Below the pieces are notes generated by a model. That model saw only the letters and a program-made list of their open reading frames with translations. It had not been told where the DNA came from and searched no databases. This document shows, piece by piece, positions 20,596 to 29,605 of a DNA stretch of 64,000 nucleotides. Source of the stretch: a virus; the IMG/VR virus record IMGVR_UViG_3300049215_000686, positions 93,132-157,131 of that record. One strand, 5' to 3'. The translations under genes were made by a program, and so were the position numbers. Each line of letters opens with the position of its first letter. The stretch's first letter is position 1.

Positions 20596-21579
20596 CTATT
20601 TCAGAAGTTTTGCACGTTTTCGCGGCAAATAATTCAGCCGAATAAAGGGTTGATATCGAGCATAATCAAGCCCAATTTGAGCCAAAAGATCTCTAAATTG
20701 TGAAACCCCTCGGTCCTTCTGAGCCATTCCCTTGATGTCTTCAAGAGAGCAGATTTTGAGCGGAATCATTTTCCCTCGCCGAGATATCTTTTCAATATGA
20801 CGAAGGTACTTATCCACAAATTCCAAATGGCACTCGATCTCTTCAAAATTGCGCTTGGTGTCAAAAAACCTAAACTCCAAAGTTTCCGGTTTTTTAATAC
20901 GTTCGTATGACTGCTTGTCGCTTACTTTGATTGCATAACCTTTTGTGATATCGAAAACGTCGAGGATATCCGAAGTTTTGAAATCACGAGGAACTTTGGG
21001 ATTTTTGTCAAAAATAAGGCGTTCGAATGTGGGCGAAGTCGCTAAATCAAATCCGTGAGCGCCGTAGAGCGTTCGTTTTACTTTCCATTCCACCAAACTT
21101 CTCGCCGATTGGATGTTTCCATAATCATTGAAAACCCAATTCAAATAAGGTCGGTTGGTAATGTCCCGAAAAACATTGATTAAAAATACCAAAAGAAGCG
21201 TGCGATCTTTCTTGATAGAGGACGGGATCGCTACATGAATATGGCCTCCGCCTGAAACCGTATCAGAACGATGGGTAACAAGCGGCTTTCCCGTAAATAA
21301 AGAAAGCCTCGAAATTTCCGGCATCAATCGGGAATAATAAGCCTTAACTTCCCCGAGATTCGAAAACGGCGGTGTAGCGACTTCCAAAGCACTCGCGTCG
21401 TTGTAAATCCGATAAAAAGGGATCCCTCGATCCCGAAAAAACCCCTTCAGCAAATTGCTATAGCCGTAAGCATAAGTGTCTTCATTTCTTTTGGTCCAAT
21501 GAAGCCAGGTCAACTCCATTCCCATCTTGGAATAAAAAGGCTGAGTTTCGATCATTTCAACTCCAAACTTCGTGAACAA
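20596..21579 (-). CDS. putative amidoligase (COOH-NH2 ligase fold)
   Basis: GMELT, LEVATPP, GGGHIHV, TLEFRFF. Confidence 0.7.
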   Translation of the reverse strand: MFTKFGVEMIETQPFYSKMGMELTWLHWTKRNEDTYAYGYSNLLKGFFRDRGIPFYRIYNDASALEVATPPFSNLGEVKAYYSRLMPEISRLSLFTGKPLVTHRSDTVSGGGHIHVAIPSSIKKDRTLLLVFLINVFRDITNRPYLNWVFNDYGNIQSARSLVEWKVKRTLYGAHGFDLATSPTFERLIFDKNPKVPRDFKTSDILDVFDITKGYAIKVSDKQSYERIKKPETLEFRFFDTKRNFEEIECHLEFVDKYLRHIEKISRRGKMIPLKICSLEDIKGMAQKDRGVSQFRDLLAQIGLDYARYQPFIRLNYLPRKRAKLLK

Positions 21580-21809
21580 TCAGCGCGCCAATTCGGCAAA
21601 TTCTTCTCGCGAACGTACTTTAAACGACGGTACTCTTTCTCGAAAATTTCCTTTCGTCTGGCTTCAAGTTTCCCCATGAATTGCTCATAACAGGGGGACC
21701 GATGGAAGATCAGCATCGTCTTCTCGTCCGGATAGAAACGCTCTAATAGATGCATTCCCACGGTCAATCGCCTTCCACATTGGCAACACGTTTCTTTTTT
21801 TTGGATCAT
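21552..21809 (-). CDS. hypothetical Cys-containing protein
   Basis: CCQCG...H..C. Confidence 0.5.
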   Translation of the reverse strand: MIQKKETCCQCGRRLTVGMHLLERFYPDEKTMLIFHRSPCYEQFMGKLEARRKEIFEKEYRRLKYVREKNLPNWRADCSRSLELK

Positions 21810-22284
21810 ATTGCAAATTGAAACGGATCATTTCAGAATGGTCAAGAGATAAAAAACGAAAAGGTATTATTCCGGTATACGCAGCGGAACCAAAAATCTG
21901 ATCCACCGAAGGACAGATTGATCTGCCGCGTTCAGTTTTCCCAGGAGGAGACATGGTCGAATGGCAGTGGTGGGTCTTTATTTTTCTCGTCTCAATTATC
22001 GGGACTCTTTCCATCTACGTAAATCTTCCCTGGGACATGACCGCAATGATCGGCCTGAGTCTCCTTTTCCTTTACTGGTTTGGGTTCTCCTGCTTCTTGG
22101 CCGCTCGCATCATTTTCGGGCACTAAGATATTTTTAAACAAACGCAACCGCAGCAAGTTAACAATTTGACATCAAGCGTCTTAACTTTAAGCGAGGCGTT
22201 CAATGCACCGAGTCTTAATAATCTTTTTGACAGTCCACCAAAACGACTTCACGATGGAGGACGTAGAATTTTGAAGTTGGAGTT

Positions 22285-22650
22285 TTGACGGACCTTTCTT
22301 CTCAAAAAAGGCCGAAAGTTGGCGAATGCGCCAAGCGAAAGTCCCTGGCATGGGAAGCCGGGAGACCGGACAAGGAAGTAGGAATTACCGGTTTCGCGAA
22401 AAACCAGTTCAGGCAGAAAAATTCGTTCTTGTAAATGTAGGTCCGAGGCCGTGGAAAAGCCAATGCTTCTTCCACCAAAGGGAGCGGTAGTTAGCGGTGA
22501 CACAGTGACGCTTGGTAGCGGACGGGTAGGGCAAGAAAGGGTTTTTGGGTCAAAAGCAAAGATCGCGGCATAGTCGAGAACGCAATGTGACTGACTATGT
22601 CTAGTCGAATCTTCTACTAAGAGAAAGACCCTATGTGTTCTTTTTTTTAG
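22285..22650 (+). ncRNA. candidate structured ncRNA upstream of HNH gene
   Basis: No convincing ORF; many stems (GGACCTTTC/GAAAGTCC, TTGGCG/CGCCAA, CCGG-GAGA-CCGG, GTGGAAAAGC/GCTTCTTCCAC, GCATAGTC/GACTATGT); ends in T8. Confidence 0.45.
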
Positions 22651-22740
22651 TTGGGGATTCGAAGATCAAGCCAAGGCCAACTACGCAAGAAAAATGGAAA
22701 ACCACTACAAAAGAGTAGGTAGGTAAAAGAGAGGTTCGCC

Positions 22741-23424
22741 TTGAGAGCAAAGAGGACAGGGATTGTCGGATTTAAGAAGTTCAGGAAAATAAAAATTGTC
22801 GGAGAATGGGAATATTTGGCCGGCGGAATCGATGCGGCGCTCGATGAGCATGGTTATTACCGCCTAAAGAATAAAACCCTTCTGCATCGAGAAGTTTATA
22901 AACAAGCCTACGGAACAATCCCGGCAGGCTGGGTCGTTCATCATATTGATTTTGACAAAAAGAACAATGACCCGATAAATTTGATTGCTCTTCCAGACTG
23001 GTTTCATGACCAAATCCACGGAAATATGAAAGCCCAAGGCCGTAAATTTGATCGAGTGGAAATCATTCGTCTTTTAAAAGCAGAAGTTAAAGTTCATACC
23101 GATGATTTTTGCGCAATGCTTCACGAAAAATCTGAATTGGAAAGGCTTTTTGGAGAAAAGATCAGACGATATCTCTCTTTGGAAAATAATATTAAAAAAC
23201 TGATCAGTCCACGGATTTCAATTATTGAGGGGATTAATCACATAAGCGTTCTTGATCAGCCACCTAAGCCTTATTCGTTAGAGGTTAAGCCAAAAAAGAA
23301 AAGCAAACGAGCAACTGATTCTTTTCTGGAGGAAGCCAGAATAAGAGATGTTTGCGAAGCCATGGCGAAGATCGAAGCGGTTAAGGTGAAAGTCATTTTG
23401 AGAAAAAAAAGCACTTCTGTATAA
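22741..23424 (+). CDS. HNH endonuclease with coiled-coil/basic C-terminus
   Basis: LHREVY...VVHHIDFDKKNNDPINL...H. Confidence 0.85.
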   Translation: MRAKRTGIVGFKKFRKIKIVGEWEYLAGGIDAALDEHGYYRLKNKTLLHREVYKQAYGTIPAGWVVHHIDFDKKNNDPINLIALPDWFHDQIHGNMKAQGRKFDRVEIIRLLKAEVKVHTDDFCAMLHEKSELERLFGEKIRRYLSLENNIKKLISPRISIIEGINHISVLDQPPKPYSLEVKPKKKSKRATDSFLEEARIRDVCEAMAKIEAVKVKVILRKKSTSV

Positions 23425-23489
23425 TTAAAGGGCTTGCTTTTATTTGAAGTCACGGCTTCAATCTTTAAATCAAACAGAAAGGAGTAGTC

Positions 23490-23582
23490 ATGGCCATCAA
23501 GAAGAAGGCTGCGACGACTGCGAAAACTTCTGCAAAGAAGACCGCATCTAGCGCCAAAAAGAAAACCCAGAAAACTCAGTAA
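23490..23582 (+). CDS. 30-aa Lys/Ala/Thr-rich basic peptide (histone H1-like)
   Basis: AAGGAG RBS; MAIKKKAATTAKTSAKKTASSAKKKTQKTQ*; below the ORF-track cutoff. Confidence 0.75.
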   Translation: MAIKKKAATTAKTSAKKTASSAKKKTQKTQ

Positions 23583-23611
23583 AAGTCTTAGAAACCAAGG
23601 AAGGAATTACA

Positions 23612-24295
23612 ATGAACTTACCTCAAAACGCAAATCCACATCTGGTTGATAGGGATTTTACGGTCATTATCGATCGCAGTGGCAGTATGGCCGATCCGGC
23701 TCTTGCCGGTAAGGCTCGAACCCGCTGGGAAGCATCTGAAGAGGCGACCATCGCGTTGGCTCGCGAATGCAATAAGTATGATCCGGATGGAATCACGGTT
23801 TATACTTTTGGATCAAATTTCCATCGTTTCGACAATACCACTGAAAGCAAAGTCGGCGAAATCTTCCGTCAGGTACGGCCCAATGGCAGCACTCGATTGG
23901 CAGAAGTCCTTGAAGATGCATTCTTTGGAGCCAATGGCTACATCGCGCGTAAAAAGCGCGGTCAGGCCAAGAAAAACGGCGAACTGTTCTGTGTGGTGAC
24001 TGATGGTCAACCCGATGACCAGCAAGCCGTGGCCGATGTGATCATTCGTGCGAGTCACGAACTCACCGACCCGAATGAGGTGAACATCACTTTCATTCAG
24101 GTAGGGGATGATCGCAAAGCCAAGGAGTTTCTCGTTAACTTGGATGACAAGTTGGAGGCTCCCGAAGGTCAGCAAGGCAATAGCCGTTATGCGAAGTACG
24201 ACATCGTGGATACTTTGACCATCGATCAACTCGGCGGCAAAGATCTCACCGAAGTTCTCGTCGCAGCGGTGACTGAACATAAGCAATCGGTCTGA
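23612..24295 (+). CDS. vWA-domain protein
   Basis: IIDRSGSM, T, VVTDGQPDD, ITFIQVG, YDIVDT. Confidence 0.9.
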   Translation: MNLPQNANPHLVDRDFTVIIDRSGSMADPALAGKARTRWEASEEATIALARECNKYDPDGITVYTFGSNFHRFDNTTESKVGEIFRQVRPNGSTRLAEVLEDAFFGANGYIARKKRGQAKKNGELFCVVTDGQPDDQQAVADVIIRASHELTDPNEVNITFIQVGDDRKAKEFLVNLDDKLEAPEGQQGNSRYAKYDIVDTLTIDQLGGKDLTEVLVAAVTEHKQSV

Positions 24296-24302
24296 GTCAG
24301 AA

Positions 24303-24416
24303 ATGATTCTCATGATTGTTGGATTCGGATTGGGACTTGCGACGCGGCATTATTCACAAGCCTTGGTTGAAAAACTCAAGGATGTGGAAGCCAAAATCAG
24401 CAACATCCTAAAGTAA
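24303..24416 (+). CDS. 37-aa membrane peptide
   Basis: MILMIVGFGLGLATRHYSQALVEKLKDVEAKISNILK*. Confidence 0.5.
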   Translation: MILMIVGFGLGLATRHYSQALVEKLKDVEAKISNILK

Positions 24417-24436
24417 GTTGAGCTTCCCCCGGAAAG

Positions 24437-25183
24437 TTGAAGCGTTTTGGATTTAAGTCTCCCTGTGTCACAATAGTGGGCCTAAAGCCCACTGGCAAGG
24501 GTCCATTTCCTGCGGTGCTATACAATCATGGTAGTGCGCCTGGGATGTTGAATAGTCAGGCCGCTGAATTGCTGGGACCTTTGTACGTAAGCCGTGGTTG
24601 GGTGTTCTTCATGCCCTATCGTCGTGGGCAAGGTTTGAGTCAATCGGCAGGTCCGTACATTATGGACGAGATCGCCGCTGCCGAGAGAGCAGGTGGGGTT
24701 AAAGCGGCTGCGGAAACGATGACTCGCTTACTTACGACGGATCATTTGAACGACCAACTCGCCGCGCTTGCTTGGCTTAGAAATGCAGACTTTGTGCAAA
24801 CTAAGCGTATAGCGGTGTCGGGGAACTCCTTTGGAGGCATTGAGACGGTTCTTGGCGCTGAGAAAGGAACCTATTGCGCGGCCGTAGATGCGTCGGGAGC
24901 TGCTCAAAGTTGGGCAACTTCACCCGCGATTCAAGCCATCATGACAGAGTCTGTACGACGTTCTCGGGCTCCGATTTTCTTCTTCCAGGCTGAGAACGAT
25001 TTTGACCTATCGCCAAGTAAGGTGCTGTCTGCCGCTATGAAAAATGCTGGCAAGGTGTCGCAGGTCAAGTTCTACCCGCCGTTCGGTAAATCGCCGAAAG
25101 ATGGCCATACCTTCGCTTACCAGGGAAGTTCTGTATGGGCGGATGATGTGTTCGCATTTTTGCAACAATACTGCGGAAAATAA
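24437..25183 (+). CDS. alpha/beta hydrolase (dienelactone hydrolase/peptidase S9-like), N-terminus apparently lost
   Basis: GPFPAVLYNHGS, GNSFGG nucleophile elbow, END, DGH; recognisable similarity starts near 24485. Confidence 0.8.
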   Translation: MKRFGFKSPCVTIVGLKPTGKGPFPAVLYNHGSAPGMLNSQAAELLGPLYVSRGWVFFMPYRRGQGLSQSAGPYIMDEIAAAERAGGVKAAAETMTRLLTTDHLNDQLAALAWLRNADFVQTKRIAVSGNSFGGIETVLGAEKGTYCAAVDASGAAQSWATSPAIQAIMTESVRRSRAPIFFFQAENDFDLSPSKVLSAAMKNAGKVSQVKFYPPFGKSPKDGHTFAYQGSSVWADDVFAFLQQYCGK

Positions 25184-25279
25184 ACCCACAAACGACAGCT
25201 TGACGTGGCTCGTTGCGTCGCGCTCGCTGGATTAGTGTGTACTTGTGGTGGATATTAGTTATACTTACTTTTAATAAGT

Positions 25280-25474
25280 ATGGCATCCATTGAGCGAGAA
25301 ATCATTGAGGAGCTTCAGAAGCCGCAAGACAGGAAGGAACGCTTTAATTTCACTCTCTCGAAAAGTACCAAAGAAGGTTTGGCTGCTTGGTGCAAGGAGC
25401 ATGGATTTAAGGAATCGACTGCGTTGGACATCCTCATTCGAAAAGTGATTCCCGAAAAGTTCTTCAAGCGGTAA
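25280..25474 (+). CDS. ribbon-helix-helix-like regulator
   Basis: RFNFTLS...L..WC......S.ALD.LI pattern. Confidence 0.65.
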   Translation: MASIEREIIEELQKPQDRKERFNFTLSKSTKEGLAAWCKEHGFKESTALDILIRKVIPEKFFKR

Positions 25475-25483
25475 TCAGGAGGA

Positions 25484-26173
25484 GTGGAATTGTTCAGGAA
25501 AGAACATGAGTTAGTTAGTGCGTTCTCCTCAAAGTCAGATGCCTTTCTGAAGGCATTACTGAACAAGTCCGTTTCTCGCTCATTCTTGCTTCACGAGTTC
25601 GACAGTTACTTTGGAGTAGCTGATGTCGTTTTGGGCGTCATCAAAGCAAGCGTTGCAAGACAGACGGCAAGGAAGCCGCTCAATCCAAATTGGCTTGTTC
25701 CCCTTGCCGCGATGAAGCGTGGGACAAAGGTCAGTGTTAGCGACTTTCAAAAGACATACAGTCTGTCGAAGTCAGGTGCGACAAAGCGCCTGACTGAGTA
25801 CGAGGATGCAGGTTTTTTAGTTAAGCTTGAGGCGCAGACGTATAAGGTCGCCAAAGAGTACAAGCCGGTTGCTGACTTTGTGGTCTCCATAGAGGCAAAA
25901 TTAAGGAACTGGCAAAAGGCGCTAGTACAGGCCCAACGTTATAGGAGATTTTCAGACTACTCTTTCGTGCTTCTCGACGGAGCCCAGGCTGCTTCGGCAA
26001 TCGAGAACCTGAGTTCATTTGAAGAGAGGAACATCGGTCTGGTCTCACTGAGTGCCGACAAGCTTAATTTTCATTTCATTCCGGAAAAGAATGAGAGGAA
26101 AATCTCCGAGTACTATCTGCGCGTAAATGAGGTCGCTTACGACCAGTTCATTTCTGCGCAGACATCTTGCTAA
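25484..26173 (+). CDS. winged-helix + PD-(D/E)XK-like protein
   Basis: ADVV, central HTH, SIEAKLRNWQKALVQAQRYRRFSD. Confidence 0.6.
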   Translation: MELFRKEHELVSAFSSKSDAFLKALLNKSVSRSFLLHEFDSYFGVADVVLGVIKASVARQTARKPLNPNWLVPLAAMKRGTKVSVSDFQKTYSLSKSGATKRLTEYEDAGFLVKLEAQTYKVAKEYKPVADFVVSIEAKLRNWQKALVQAQRYRRFSDYSFVLLDGAQAASAIENLSSFEERNIGLVSLSADKLNFHFIPEKNERKISEYYLRVNEVAYDQFISAQTSC

Positions 26174-27317
26174 CGACTCGGTTCCAGACGGGAAGATGAT
26201 CTCCGCTACAGTTCCGGTCAAAGTACATGACGCCGGTTTCCTCAACACGGCGATATAAGCTATTGGCTTGAGTGATCATGTCTTTAACCGCTGCCGTTCG
26301 CGCTGCAATTTGCTTACTGCCAAGGTCTCGAAGTTGGTCACAGATTAGAAGGAAGTGATGTTTGTACAGCTCGGGTTTCGTAAAATGGGGACGGCCAGTA
26401 TCGAAAATAGCATCTGAGTGTAAGGTCGGAATGTAGATTTCCTTCCATACTTCGGGGTGATCTTCCTTCAACTCAACAGCTGTATCGTATCTCATCCAAT
26501 TGAGCAGCTTCGGGAAGTAAAGACGTGGCGCAGGGCCACGCTTGTCACTTTCTTCTTCCAGAAACTTATCAATCGAAAAACCTCTAGTGTTTTCATACGC
26601 CCCAACCGCTACGGCATGAGGGTCGAGCAAAGACATGATTATCGACTCAGTATTGCAGTAGCCTATGATTACTTTCAAATTCGCGCCCTGTAGGTCGCGT
26701 ATAAAGTCTACATGAGCTTGGAGTTTTTCAAAGTTTCCGAGCTGCTTCGTGTTCTCCCGAAACTCATTGAGCAGGTAGACGCCCTGGATTTCCGGGTATG
26801 ACGTAATCCAATTCAAGAGTTCATTTCGGTAGCCTTTGTCTTGCGTCATCGCAGTAGTGACTGGAAGCGAGAGGAAGACTTTCTTGTCCGTTTTTCTCTT
26901 TTGGAGTTCTGCAAGGAACGGCTCTACCGTAAACGCTTTCTGCTTCGCAACGTAGTCAGATACGAGTTCCGGAAAATAACGAGCGGGAACGATGATTGAT
27001 TCGAAGTCGTTCTCGATCTGAAAATCCAGACACATCGCGGCCGACTGATGGGCGACTGCTTCAAAATCAGTTGTAGAAAATCCGTTTGTAATCTTTTCCG
27101 GAAAGAACTCGTAACTATGAAGCTTACTCTTTTGAGAGTCGGGGATATAAAATTGAGGATCGAACAAGCTGGCTTTGCGCACTTCAGGAAGCAGCTTGAC
27201 CATTCTTTCTTTTGAATAGTGAACAGGGCTAAAAATGATCCCATCTGCGCAACTTTCGGATTGAAAGCTTTCCAAATTCCAACTCGTGTTGTGCCCCGCC
27301 TGATGAAAGACTTTCAT
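26148..27317 (-). CDS. uncharacterised 389-aa protein coupled to the kinase
   Basis: start overlaps kinase stop; HQAGHN, GIIFSP, LFDPQFY; function unknown. Confidence 0.7.
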   Translation of the reverse strand: MKVFHQAGHNTSWNLESFQSESCADGIIFSPVHYSKERMVKLLPEVRKASLFDPQFYIPDSQKSKLHSYEFFPEKITNGFSTTDFEAVAHQSAAMCLDFQIENDFESIIVPARYFPELVSDYVAKQKAFTVEPFLAELQKRKTDKKVFLSLPVTTAMTQDKGYRNELLNWITSYPEIQGVYLLNEFRENTKQLGNFEKLQAHVDFIRDLQGANLKVIIGYCNTESIIMSLLDPHAVAVGAYENTRGFSIDKFLEEESDKRGPAPRLYFPKLLNWMRYDTAVELKEDHPEVWKEIYIPTLHSDAIFDTGRPHFTKPELYKHHFLLICDQLRDLGSKQIAARTAAVKDMITQANSLYRRVEETGVMYFDRNCSGDHLPVWNRVVSKMSAQK

Positions 27318-27770
27318 AGCTTCTCCTTAATGCCGTTGAGTTCCGCCAGGATCTCATCGACTGTTCGAAATCTTTGGTAGGGATGGACTTTGATAAGCTT
27401 TTCAATCAGTTTTACAGTCCCATCGCTTACGTCTTTATTGTAGGTTCGTAGACTCTCAACCTTGCCAGACAGGCAATTCTGAACAACGCCTTCCACGCCG
27501 ATTTCGGCATCACTACCGTAGGGGAATTTTCCAGTGAGAACGAGGAAGGTGATTACACCGATCGCAAACTGGTCAGTCTTGTAGGTTACCTCGGCCTTGT
27601 TATTCGTGAGTTGCTCAGGGGCGGCGAAGCGCGGCGTACATGGTGAAGGAAAAGCCGGATTTGTAATGATCGTAGCGCCGTCGCTCATGCTCTTGGCGAT
27701 TCCCAGATCAATGATGACGGGGGTGAGATGGGGGCGAACGAGTATGTTCTCGGGTTTTAAGTCCCGGTGG
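27314..27770 (-). pseudogene. Ser/Thr protein kinase, C-lobe only
   Basis: HRDLKPENIL, IIDLGIA, TPRFAAPEQ, DQFAIG; no Gly-loop or VAIK; upstream sequence is antisense phage gene. Confidence 0.85.
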
Positions 27771-29060
27771 GGCGGCGAATACCATAAGCCTAATTGGAGA
27801 ATTATCGCACAGGCCGCTTTTTGCGAATTAGATCCGAAATTGGCGCTTCGAGTTTTAAGACTCGCAAATTCCAAACGCTCAATCGGATCTCGTAGAGAAG
27901 GAACTCATTTTTCTCGCCATCTTAAGACGGCTGCTAAAAAATACCTTCGTTACCGAGAAAGTAACCCTAAGATGCTTGAGGGTATTAAAAAGGCTGGATT
28001 GGGCAATACTCTGAAATCTATGTATCAAATTGCTCGAATCGCTCCGTCGATTGAGGCGGTTCAGATCTTACGATGGAAACAAAAGCCGGGGTTTCCGGGC
28101 GCGAATATTAAGATCGAAAAATCAAAAATGTTCGATTTTTCTGGTCTGAGCGATCTTGATATCGCCTACAAAATCAGAAACGAAAGACTTAAGCCTCAGG
28201 CAGTTCTTGGGGCGCTTTCTGATAAAATTTCACCCTGTATTGCTGCCGCTATTTTAGAACAATGTTCAGGAGATCAGGCGGTTGTTTTGACTTCTCTTTT
28301 TGAGGAACAAGGACTGCTTAAGAATAAAGATTTCAGAGAAGAATATGAACTCAAAATTAAGACAGCAAAACAGGCGCTCGATCGCGTGGAGCGTATCAAA
28401 CAAGAACTTGATGAAACGACCAAGCAAATGCTTCGAGATGCTAAAGCCCATGTCCGTAAAGAACAGGTCGGAGACATTGGAAAGATCTTTGTTCATTTGG
28501 ATATTTCTGGATCCATGACCCAGGCGATCGATATTGCCAAAAACAAAGGGTCCATTATTGCTGAGTGCGTCAAAAAGCCTCAGGAAAACTTCCATTGGGG
28601 CGTCTTCAACAATCAGGGTGGAGTATTGAAACGTCCTGAGAAATTCACTAAAGATGCCTTCATAGCGGCTCTTTATGGAGTTCGTCCAGGGGGAGGCACC
28701 AACTGCTTAGCGCTTTTCCAATACGCGCGCCAGGAGGGCTGCGATACCGACATTTACATCACTGATGGATATCATACAGATGGAGATGTGGCCTCTCTGC
28801 TTCGAGGTTTTCAATCAAAGGGGATCGCCTTTCCCAAACAAGTCGTCATCATTAAATGCGGAAATTACGCACCATACTTGGAAAATGGGTTTAAGACGGT
28901 CGGTATTCCGGTATCCACCATCAATGAAAGCCAACTTACTGAAAGCGCTCTTGTAACACAGGCAGTCAAGACTGCGGTCAAAGGGGCTCAAGCAGTGATT
29001 GATGAGATCTTGGCCACACCACTCTTGTCCCCTCCGAAATGGTGGGAAGTGGTGAAATAA
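27771..29060 (+). CDS. Ro60/TROVE-like helical + C-terminal vWA protein, N-terminus replaced by insert
   Basis: LDISGSM, GGTN, ITDG MIDAS motifs; basic helical N-terminal part; followed by Y-like RNAs. TROVE assignment is inferred. Confidence 0.6.
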   Translation, partial: GGEYHKPNWRIIAQAAFCELDPKLALRVLRLANSKRSIGSRREGTHFSRHLKTAAKKYLRYRESNPKMLEGIKKAGLGNTLKSMYQIARIAPSIEAVQILRWKQKPGFPGANIKIEKSKMFDFSGLSDLDIAYKIRNERLKPQAVLGALSDKISPCIAAAILEQCSGDQAVVLTSLFEEQGLLKNKDFREEYELKIKTAKQALDRVERIKQELDETTKQMLRDAKAHVRKEQVGDIGKIFVHLDISGSMTQAIDIAKNKGSIIAECVKKPQENFHWGVFNNQGGVLKRPEKFTKDAFIAALYGVRPGGGTNCLALFQYARQEGCDTDIYITDGYHTDGDVASLLRGFQSKGIAFPKQVVIIKCGNYAPYLENGFKTVGIPVSTINESQLTESALVTQAVKTAVKGAQAVIDEILATPLLSPPKWWEVVK

Positions 29061-29075
29061 AAATACACAGGGTTA

Positions 29076-29104
29076 TTGTACAATCTAGGTGAGAAAGGTA
29101 TATT
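29076..29104 (+). promoter_or_regulatory. sigma70-type promoter for the ncRNA array
   Basis: TTGTAC-17 nt-TATATT. Confidence 0.75.
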
Positions 29105-29139
29105 AACAGTAAGGAAGTTCCTAAAATTTTAGAAGTATC

Positions 29140-29151
29140 GATCTTTGAAAA
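29140..29151 (+). promoter_or_regulatory. boxA-like antitermination site
   Basis: GATCTTTGAAAA immediately before RNA unit 1; resembles rrn boxA. Confidence 0.55.
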
Positions 29152-29342
29152 TTTGAGAGTTCCCCAGGTTATTGCTTACAAGCCGCTCCCGCAAGGGAGC
29201 AAAAGTTGGTTCGACTCCAACTTCCCCCACCTTAGCCCTCGACTCGTTCGAGGATTAAATTGGGGGAAACGCCGTGTGGACGGCAACTGTCATTATCAGA
29301 CAGAGTGAAAACTCGAAAGCAGCGGCCACTCGAACTCTCAAA
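29152..29342 (+). ncRNA. Y-RNA-like RNA 1 (permuted tRNA module)
   Basis: TTTGAGAGTTC/GAACTCTCAAA terminal stem, CCCA/ACTC loop, second stem, CTTACAAGC, T-arm GTTGG-TTCGACT-CCAAC 5' of D-like arm. Confidence 0.8.
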
Positions 29343-29348
29343 CAATTT

Positions 29349-29490
29349 TGGAAGTCCCCCAGATTTCACTTACAAGCACGCTGGTTCGAATCCAGCCTTC
29401 TCCGGGGAAACTCGGGAGAGGTAGTCTAGTGGTTAAGACAATCGAATGTTAATCGATCAAAAACGAAAGTGATATCAACTTGGACTTCCA
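29349..29490 (+). ncRNA. Y-RNA-like RNA 2 (YrlA-like)
   Basis: TGGAAGTCC/GGACTTCCA, CCCA/AACTT loop, CTTACAAGC, T-arm GCTGG-TTCGAAT-CCAGC, closed acceptor-like hairpin, D-arm GTCT-AGTGGTTA-AGAC. Confidence 0.85.
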
Positions 29491-29497
29491 TACAAGT

Positions 29498-29588
29498 TTG
29501 CCCGTCCCCTCTAATGACGCTTACAAGCAATCGTCCAATGGTAGGACATCTGTCACAAAAAAAAAGCGTTATTGACTTGGACGGGCAA
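29498..29588 (+). ncRNA. Y-RNA-like RNA 3 (short; D-arm only)
   Basis: TTGCCCGTCC/GGACGGGCAA, CCTC/ACTT loop, CTTACAAGC, GTCC-AATGGTA-GGAC. Confidence 0.8.
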
Positions 29589-29605
29589 CTCAAATTTAAT
29601 CAGTT

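Larger units (their letters stand above)
24485..27770. other. foreign (bacterial-looking) segment 1 with genes truncated at both ends
   Basis: Starts at the KPTGKGPFPAV motif of a hydrolase; ends at the kinase HRD motif, abutting the truncated vWA/TROVE-like gene. Confidence 0.75.

Noticed and set aside
21685-22014. JAB-like ORF (HCHS...PSVD)
   Set aside because: Motif spacing is wrong and it overlaps another ORF extensively; not supportable.
22330-22350. RNase P RNA (GAAAGTCC)
   Set aside because: The GAGGAAAGTCC context is imperfect and no complementary 3' P4 strand was found.
27597-27874. Genuine overlapping N-termini of the 487-aa and 186-aa ORFs
   Set aside because: Each N-terminal extension is the antisense of the other gene across the junction at about 27770.
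29200-29445. Canonical tRNA genes (GGTTCGA T-loops)
   Set aside because: The T-arm precedes the D-arm, the acceptor is closed by a loop, and there is no CCA end.
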